From an uncultured Acidimicrobiia bacterium (lineage in GTDB: Bacteria > Actinomycetota > Acidimicrobiia > IMCC26256 > JAENVU01), in the NCBI GenBank assembly GCA_963770095.1, contig CAVYOO010000003.1:594382-658381 (forward strand): a stretch of 64,000 nucleotides of DNA, written 5' to 3'. Both the position numbers and the translations under genes were made by a program. The notes under the pieces were generated by a model, which saw nothing but the letters and a program-made list of their open reading frames with translations, had not been told where the DNA came from and did no database searches. This document shows, one piece after another, positions 59,299 through 64,000 of this stretch (positions are counted from its first letter, which is position 1; each line of letters starts with the position of its first letter).

Positions 59299-59725
59299 GA
59301 CGGTGTTACGAATCGGACTGGCGGTCCTCGCGGTTCCCGCATTGATCATCGGGGTCTGGGCGGCGTTCGCCCCGCGCTCGTTCTTCGACGACTTCCCCGG
59401 CCTCGGCCGCGTGTGGGTCGCGCCGGACGGCCTCTACAACCAACATCTGGTTCGTGACGTCGGCGAGCTCAACCTCGCCCTCGTCGTCGTGACCACGGTG
59501 GCGTTGGTGACGCTCGCACCGATGCTCGTGCGAGCCGTCCTGGCGGGCTGGATCGTCTACTCGGTGCCCCACCTCGTGTACCACCTGCGCAACATGGAGC
59601 CGTTCGCGACCGACGACCAGGTGTCGATCGCGGCGAGCCTCGCGCTCGTGCCGATCCTCGCGATCGTCCTGTTCGTCATCGAGGTCCGAGCCCCCCAGGA
59701 GGCGACGGTCGAGCCGGTGACATGA
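59291..59725 (+). CDS. Small 4-TM membrane protein (unknown)
   Basis: 144 aa, four hydrophobic helices, intact. Confidence 0.5.
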   Translation: MRETVLRIGLAVLAVPALIIGVWAAFAPRSFFDDFPGLGRVWVAPDGLYNQHLVRDVGELNLALVVVTTVALVTLAPMLVRAVLAGWIVYSVPHLVYHLRNMEPFATDDQVSIAASLALVPILAIVLFVIEVRAPQEATVEPVT

Positions 59726-60494
59726 TGCGCCCATCACGGTCGACCGCCCGCTCTTCACGTTCGAACACGCCGGCCTCGTCGGAGCCGACGGTCGGGACCG
59801 GTTGGTCGATGTCACCGGGGAGGTCGCGCCCGATGGCGTGACCGTCGTCGTCGGTCCGTCCGGCGCCGGGAAGTCGAGCCTGCTGCGGCTTTGCAACCGA
59901 CTCGAGGTCGCGGACCGGGGTTCGGTGCGCTTCCGTGGTGAGGATGTCGCAGGCATGGACCCCCTCGCGTTACGCCGCCGCGTCGGGATGGTCTTCCAGA
60001 CGCCGACCCCGTTTGCCGGGACCGTGTTCGAGAACCTCCGCGTCGCGCGTCGCGATCTGGACCCGGCGGCGGCGGAGCAGGCGCTCGAACGGGTCGAGCT
60101 CGACGCCTCGTTCCTCCCCCGACCGGCGTCCGAGCTGTCGGGCGGTGAGGCGCAGCGCATGTGCCTCGCGCGGACCCTCGTGACCGGCCCCGAGGTCCTG
60201 CTCATGGACGAGCCGACGTCCTCGGTCGACCCGCAGGCGACCGTCGCGCTCGAACAGCTGGCGCGGCAGCTCCTCGACCACGGAGTCGTCTGCATCTGGG
60301 TGACCCACGACCTCGCGCAGATGCGCCGCCTCGCCGATCAGGTCCTCGTCGTGCTCGACGGCTCGATCGCGCAGGCCGGCCCACTCGCCGACCTCGATCG
60401 GGACGCATCACCGGCGGTCGCTCAGTTCCTCCTCGGCGCGGACGATCCTGCGCCCGGCGAGCGAGCTCACGGAGACCCGGGGGAACATGGCTGA
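59722..60494 (+). CDS. ABC transporter ATP-binding protein, FetA/YbbL-like; likely frameshift at the extreme 5' end
   Basis: GPSGAGKSSLLR, LSGGEAQRMCLARTL, LLMDEPTSSVD. Coding frame (DAPITVDRPLFTFEHAGLV...) opens just after the ATG at 59722 but out of frame with it. TTG at 59802 is the first in-frame start. Confidence 0.75.
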
Positions 60495-61265
60495 CATCGG
60501 CTGGAGCGGGCTGGCGATCTCGCTGGTGCTCGTCGGGATCGCGATCGGACTCTCGATGTGGCGCGGGCTCGGCCTCGAGCGGAGCATCGCGTGGGCAACC
60601 GTGCGCGCGCTCGTGCAGCTGCTCGCGGTGGGCCTCGCGCTGCAGGTGCTGCTGCGGCCCGAGACGTCCCTCGGGTGGTCGGTGCTGTGGGTGCTCGGAA
60701 TGATCGTGTTCGCCGCCGAGACCGTCCGCCGCCGCGCCGCGAGGTGCCGCAGGTGTTCCCTCTCGCGCTGGCCGCGTTCGGCGCCGCGGCGGTCGTCGTG
60801 CTCGGGGTCCTGTTCGGCTTCGGAGTGTTCGAGCTCGACGCGCGGACGCTCATCCCACTTGCGGGTCTGATGATCGGGAACTCGATGACCGCGACGGTGC
60901 TCGTCGCGCGCCGGCTCGTGGAGGAGCTGCGCGACAAGCGGGCCGAGGTCGAGGCCCGGCTCGCGCTCGGTCAGCCGTCCGTCGACGCGGCCGCTCCGTA
61001 CGTCCGCAACGCGCTGCGGACCGCGCTCGTGCCCCAGATCGAGACGACGAAGGCGGTCGGCCTGATCTTCCTGCCGGGGGCGATGACCGGCCTGATCCTC
61101 GCCGGGGTCGACCCGCTGGAAGCGGTGCAGGTGCAGGCCGCGGTGATGTTCGTGGTGCTCGCGTCCGCGGCGACGACCACCGCGGTGGTTGCCCTCGGGG
61201 TCCGCCGGCGGCTGTTCACGGCGGATCACCGGTTGGTCCGGCTGGAGCGGACCGCCGAGCGCTGA
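60487..61265 (+). CDS. ABC permease FetB/YbbM-like (UPF0014); frameshift at about 60745
   Basis: MADIGWSGLAISLVLVGIAIGLS...AAETVRR then +1 frame ...VFPLALAAFGAAAVVVLGV...MIGNSMTAT...PGAMTGLILAGVDPLEAVQVQAAVMFVVLA. Confidence 0.7.
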
Positions 61266-61286
61266 GCCCGGCTCCGGACGTGGTGG

Positions 61287-61373
61287 CTAGCGCCGGCCCA
61301 CGTTGGGGCGCTTGCCGTGGTTGGCCTTGTTGCGGCGGGCCCGCAGCTTGCGCTTCTTCGTCTTCTTGCTCAC
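61287..61373 (-). CDS. Tiny (28-aa) highly basic protein, bS22-like composition (candidate ribosome-associated small protein)
   Basis: GTG at 61373 with GGAGGAG 7 nt upstream. Product VSKKTKKRKLRARRNKANHGKRPNVGRR. Listed ORF 61287..61559 is longer but only this part has an RBS. Confidence 0.4.
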   Translation of the reverse strand: MSKKTKKRKLRARRNKANHGKRPNVGRR

Positions 61374-61433
61374 GGTTCTGGCTCCTCCACGGCGAAGCGG
61401 GTCAGCGTAGTCCAGGGTCCTAGAGTCACTCCC

Positions 61434-62456
61434 ATGGAACACCTCGGGCTCGTGGGGCTCGCCGACTCGGGGCACGCCCGGCTCTTCTCCGCCCTGACCG
61501 GTCTCGACGCGGCCACCTCCTCGGACAAGGTGCTCGGCGTCGTCCAGCTGCCGGATCACCGCCTGGACCAGCTCGCGGCGATGTCGGAGTCCAAGAACGT
61601 GGTCCCGGCGACCTTCGAGATCATGTACATCCCGGGCCTCTCCACCGAGCCCGGCAAGGGGCTCGGGAGCCGCCTCCTGGGCCAGCTCCGGGACTGCGAC
61701 GCCGTCCTCTTCGTGCTCCGCGCCACCGACGGCAACGACCCGGCCTCGGACCTCGAGACCCTGGAGTACGAGCTCGTCCTGGCCGACCTCGCGTCGGTCG
61801 AGCAGCGGTTGGGCAAGCAGCAGCGCCTCTACAAGGGGGACAAGACCCTCGGTCCGGAGATCAAGGCGCTCGAGCGGGCGATCGAGGTCCTCGGCGACGG
61901 CACGCCGGTCTACCGCTCGGACCTCACCGCCGACGAGCGCGCGCTGCTCGGGCCCGTCTTCCTCCTGACCAACAAGCCGGTGCTGCCCGTCGTGAACATC
62001 GGGGTCGAGCAGCTCGAGGAAGCGGACGCGATCGCGAAGCCGCTCGGCGACGACGCGCTGTCGGTCTGCCTCGAGCTCGAAGGCGACCCGGACGTCGTCG
62101 CCGCGGAAGGTGCTGATCGCGCCGAGCTGCTCGCGGACCTCGGCGTCCCCGAGAGCGTCGTCCCGCGGCTCGCCGCGCGGCGTACCAGCTGCTCGGGTTG
62201 CGCACCTTCCTCACGACGGGGGACAAGGAGAGCCGCGGCGTGGGGATTCCGCGCCGGTGCACGCGCGCCGGAGTGCGCGGGCGTCATCCACTCGGACCTG
62301 GAGCGGGGGTTCATCCGCGCCGAGGTCATCCGCTGGGACGAGCTGCTGGAGCTCGGTTCGTGGGCGAAGGCCAAGGAGGCGCACAAGCTGCGGGTGGAGG
62401 GCAAGGAGTACGTCGTTGCCGACGGTGACGTGCTCGAGATCCGATTCAACGTGTGA
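61434..62456 (+). CDS. ychF: Redox-regulated ATPase YchF (Obg-family GTPase); two frameshifts at about 62180 and about 62240
   Basis: MEHLGLVGLADSGHARLFSALTG (G1), ...FLLTNKPV..., C-terminal TGS domain APECAGVIHSDLERGFIRAEV...VVADGDVLEIRFNV. Middle segment YQLLGLRTFLTTGDKESR lies in another frame. Confidence 0.85.
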   Translation: MEHLGLVGLADSGHARLFSALTGLDAATSSDKVLGVVQLPDHRLDQLAAMSESKNVVPATFEIMYIPGLSTEPGKGLGSRLLGQLRDCDAVLFVLRATDGNDPASDLETLEYELVLADLASVEQRLGKQQRLYKGDKTLGPEIKALERAIEVLGDGTPVYRSDLTADERALLGPVFLLTNKPVLPVVNIGVEQLEEADAIAKPLGDDALSVCLELEGDPDVVAAEGADRAELLADLGVPESVVPRLAARRTSCSGCAPSSRRGTRRAAAWGFRAGARAPECAGVIHSDLERGFIRAEVIRWDELLELGSWAKAKEAHKLRVEGKEYVVADGDVLEIRFNV

Positions 62457-62465
62457 CCGTGGATC

Positions 62466-62808
62466 GTGAGGTTGCCGGACGTGTGGCTCGTACGTGACGG
62501 TGAGGTGCTCGCAACCGCGGAGTCGCGCGCGCACCCGGCGGGAGCGTTCACGCGGGCTGCTCGGTCGCGACGGGTTCGAAGGCGCGCTCCTGTTCCGCAA
62601 GTGCCGCCAGGTGCACACGATCGGGATGCGCTTCGCGATCGACGTCGCGTTCTGCGATGCCGACGGAACGGTGATCCGCACCTCGTGCCTGCGCCCCTGG
62701 CGCCTCTCGCCACTCGTCTGGCGATCGAAGCTGGTCATCGAAGCCGAAGCCGGCGCCTTCGAACGCTGGAACCTCCGCCCCGGCGACCGCATCGAGATCA
62801 AAGAGTGA
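62466..62808 (+). CDS. DUF192 family protein; frameshift in G-run at about 62545
   Basis: MRLPDVWLVRDGEVLATAESRAHPAG then +1 frame RGLLGRDGFEGALLF...HTIGMRFAIDVAFCDADGTVIRT...LVIEAEAGAFERWNLRPGDRIEI. Confidence 0.7.
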
Positions 62809-62827
62809 CCCCCACCCACCCCCGTCT

Positions 62828-62862
62828 GTTGCATTCGGTTCCTCTGGGGAACCGAATGCAAC
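62828..62862. terminator. Perfect 15-bp stem/5-nt loop hairpin GTTGCATTCGGTTCC-tctgg-GGAACCGAATGCAAC
   Basis: Seen in sequence 20 nt after the DUF192 stop, upstream of rsmI. Confidence 0.5.
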
Positions 62863-62883
62863 CAACGACGGGCTCCGACCGTG

Positions 62884-63719
62884 ATGCTCGTGGTGATCGG
62901 GACTCCGATCGGGAATCTGGGGGACCTGTCGCCGCGGGCAATCGACGCGTTGCGGGACGCGGACGTGATCGCGTGCTGAGGACACGCGGCGGACGCGGAA
63001 GCTGCTGTCGCACACGGGGATCTCGGCCGAAGGGCGGCTGCGCGCGGTGCACGCGCACAACGAGGCGCAGGCGGCGGAGCGGATCGTCGACGAGGTGCGC
63101 AGCGGGTTGACCGTGGTCTACGCGACCGACGCGGGGATGCCGGGCGTCAGCGACCCGGGCGCGCGCATCGTGCTCGCGTGCCGGACCGCGGGGCTCGCCG
63201 GTGCAGGTCATCCCGGGGCCGAGTGCCGCGCTCGCCGCGCTCGCGCTGTCCGGGTTCCCGGCCGACCAGTTCGTGTTCGAAGGGTTCCTCCCACGCAAGG
63301 GGAAGGAACGAAGGGAACGGATCGCAAACATCAAAGGTGAAGCGCGCACTGTCGTCATCTTCGAAGCGCCGAACCGGGTTGCCGCGACGCTCACCGACCT
63401 GGCCGCGGTCTGCGACGGCGAACGACTCGTCTGCGTCGCGCGCGAGATCACCAAGCTCCACGAAGAGGTGTTCCACGGCCCGCTCGAGACCGCGGCGGCA
63501 ATCGCGCACGCCGGTGAGCCACGAGGCGAGCACGTCATCGTCCTCAACGGGCAGCCCGCGGACATCACGCCCGCGACCGAGGAAGCGCTCGACGACGCGG
63601 TGCGCGCCGCGCTCGACCGCGGTCTCTCGGCCAAGGACGCGGCGGCGGAAGTCGCCGCGAGCCTCGGCGTGCCGAAGCGCCGGGCCTACGAGCTGGCGGT
63701 CACGCTCCGGAAGCGGTGA
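62884..63719 (+). CDS. rsmI: 16S rRNA (cytidine1402-2'-O)-methyltransferase RsmI; two frameshifts at about 62978 and about 63200
   Basis: MLVVIGTPIGNLGDLSPRAIDALRDADVIAC | EDTRRTRKLLSHTGI...LTVVYATDAGMPGVSDPGARIV | ...QVIPGPSAALAALALSGFPADQFVFEGFLPRKGKERRERI...VIFEAPNRV in three frames. Confidence 0.8.
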
Positions 63720-63957
63720 GCTTCGCCACGCAGGGCTCGCACACCATGTGGTGCTCGAACTCGCGCAGCTCGACCGTCGGCGCAGTCGCCCGGCAGAACA
63801 CGCACCGCTGGGCGACCTTCTCGAGCACGATCCGCCCGTCGTCGTCGACCGCGATGTCGACGAGGTCGCCCTCGTTGATCTCGAGGTCCTTGCGCAGCTC
63901 GGCCGGCAGCACGACCCGACCGAGCCGATCGACCTTCCGAGACACACCCGAGCTCAC
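63700..63957 (-). CDS. AbrB/SpoVT-type swapped-hairpin DNA-binding domain fused to C-terminal CxxC...CxxC zinc ribbon
   Basis: VDRLGRVVLPAELRKDLEINEGDLVDIAVDDDGRIVLEKV (AbrB-N fold) then CVFC...CEPC. Confidence 0.55.
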   Translation of the reverse strand: MSSGVSRKVDRLGRVVLPAELRKDLEINEGDLVDIAVDDDGRIVLEKVAQRCVFCRATAPTVELREFEHHMVCEPCVAKLTASGA

Positions 63958-64000
63958 GAAGAACAGCCTTTCCGAAGATCTCCCTCGGCCGATCGGGTCG

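Overview
Very GC-rich window (visibly above 70% GC, strong GC3 bias in coding frames). Gene content is typical of an Actinomycetota chromosome: ECF sigma factors, DUF2142, DUF2029/GT87-like, WS/DGAT, DUF222-HNH and an LLM monooxygenase are all present. The window is gene-dense on both strands (about 70 protein genes). I could support no rRNA, tRNA or CRISPR.

Content:
- Ordinary metabolic and envelope genes: nitronate monooxygenase, amidohydrolases, SDRs, acyl-CoA ligase, WS/DGAT, enoyl-CoA hydratase, serC, ychF, rsmI.
- Three ECF sigma factors, two with adjacent anti-sigma-like membrane proteins.
- Several ABC systems: ABC-2, FtsX/MacB-like and FetAB-like.
- Two transporters fused to cyclic-nucleotide-binding domains.
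- A flotillin, a VIT1 transporter, and a large novel-looking secreted lipoprotein with an alpha/beta-hydrolase nucleophile elbow.

Non-coding features:
- A 92-bp tandem repeat (about 3.3 copies) supplies the GTG start and first codons of a YcaQ/AlkZ-like DNA glycosylase gene. It also creates a chain of GTGA-overlapping 31-codon mini-ORFs upstream of that gene.
- An AT-rich palindromic operator overlaps a sigma-A-type promoter and the leaderless start of an Rrf2 regulator.
- Strong stem-loop elements share a TTTCGGGG/CCCCGAAA core.
- A tiny, very basic 28-codon ORF has a canonical RBS.

Caveat: at least about 24 genes are interrupted by single-base frame shifts, increasingly towards the 3' half. 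Many are at G/C homopolymers and several are in housekeeping genes, so I read them as assembly indel errors rather than genuine pseudogenes. All frameshift positions are approximate.
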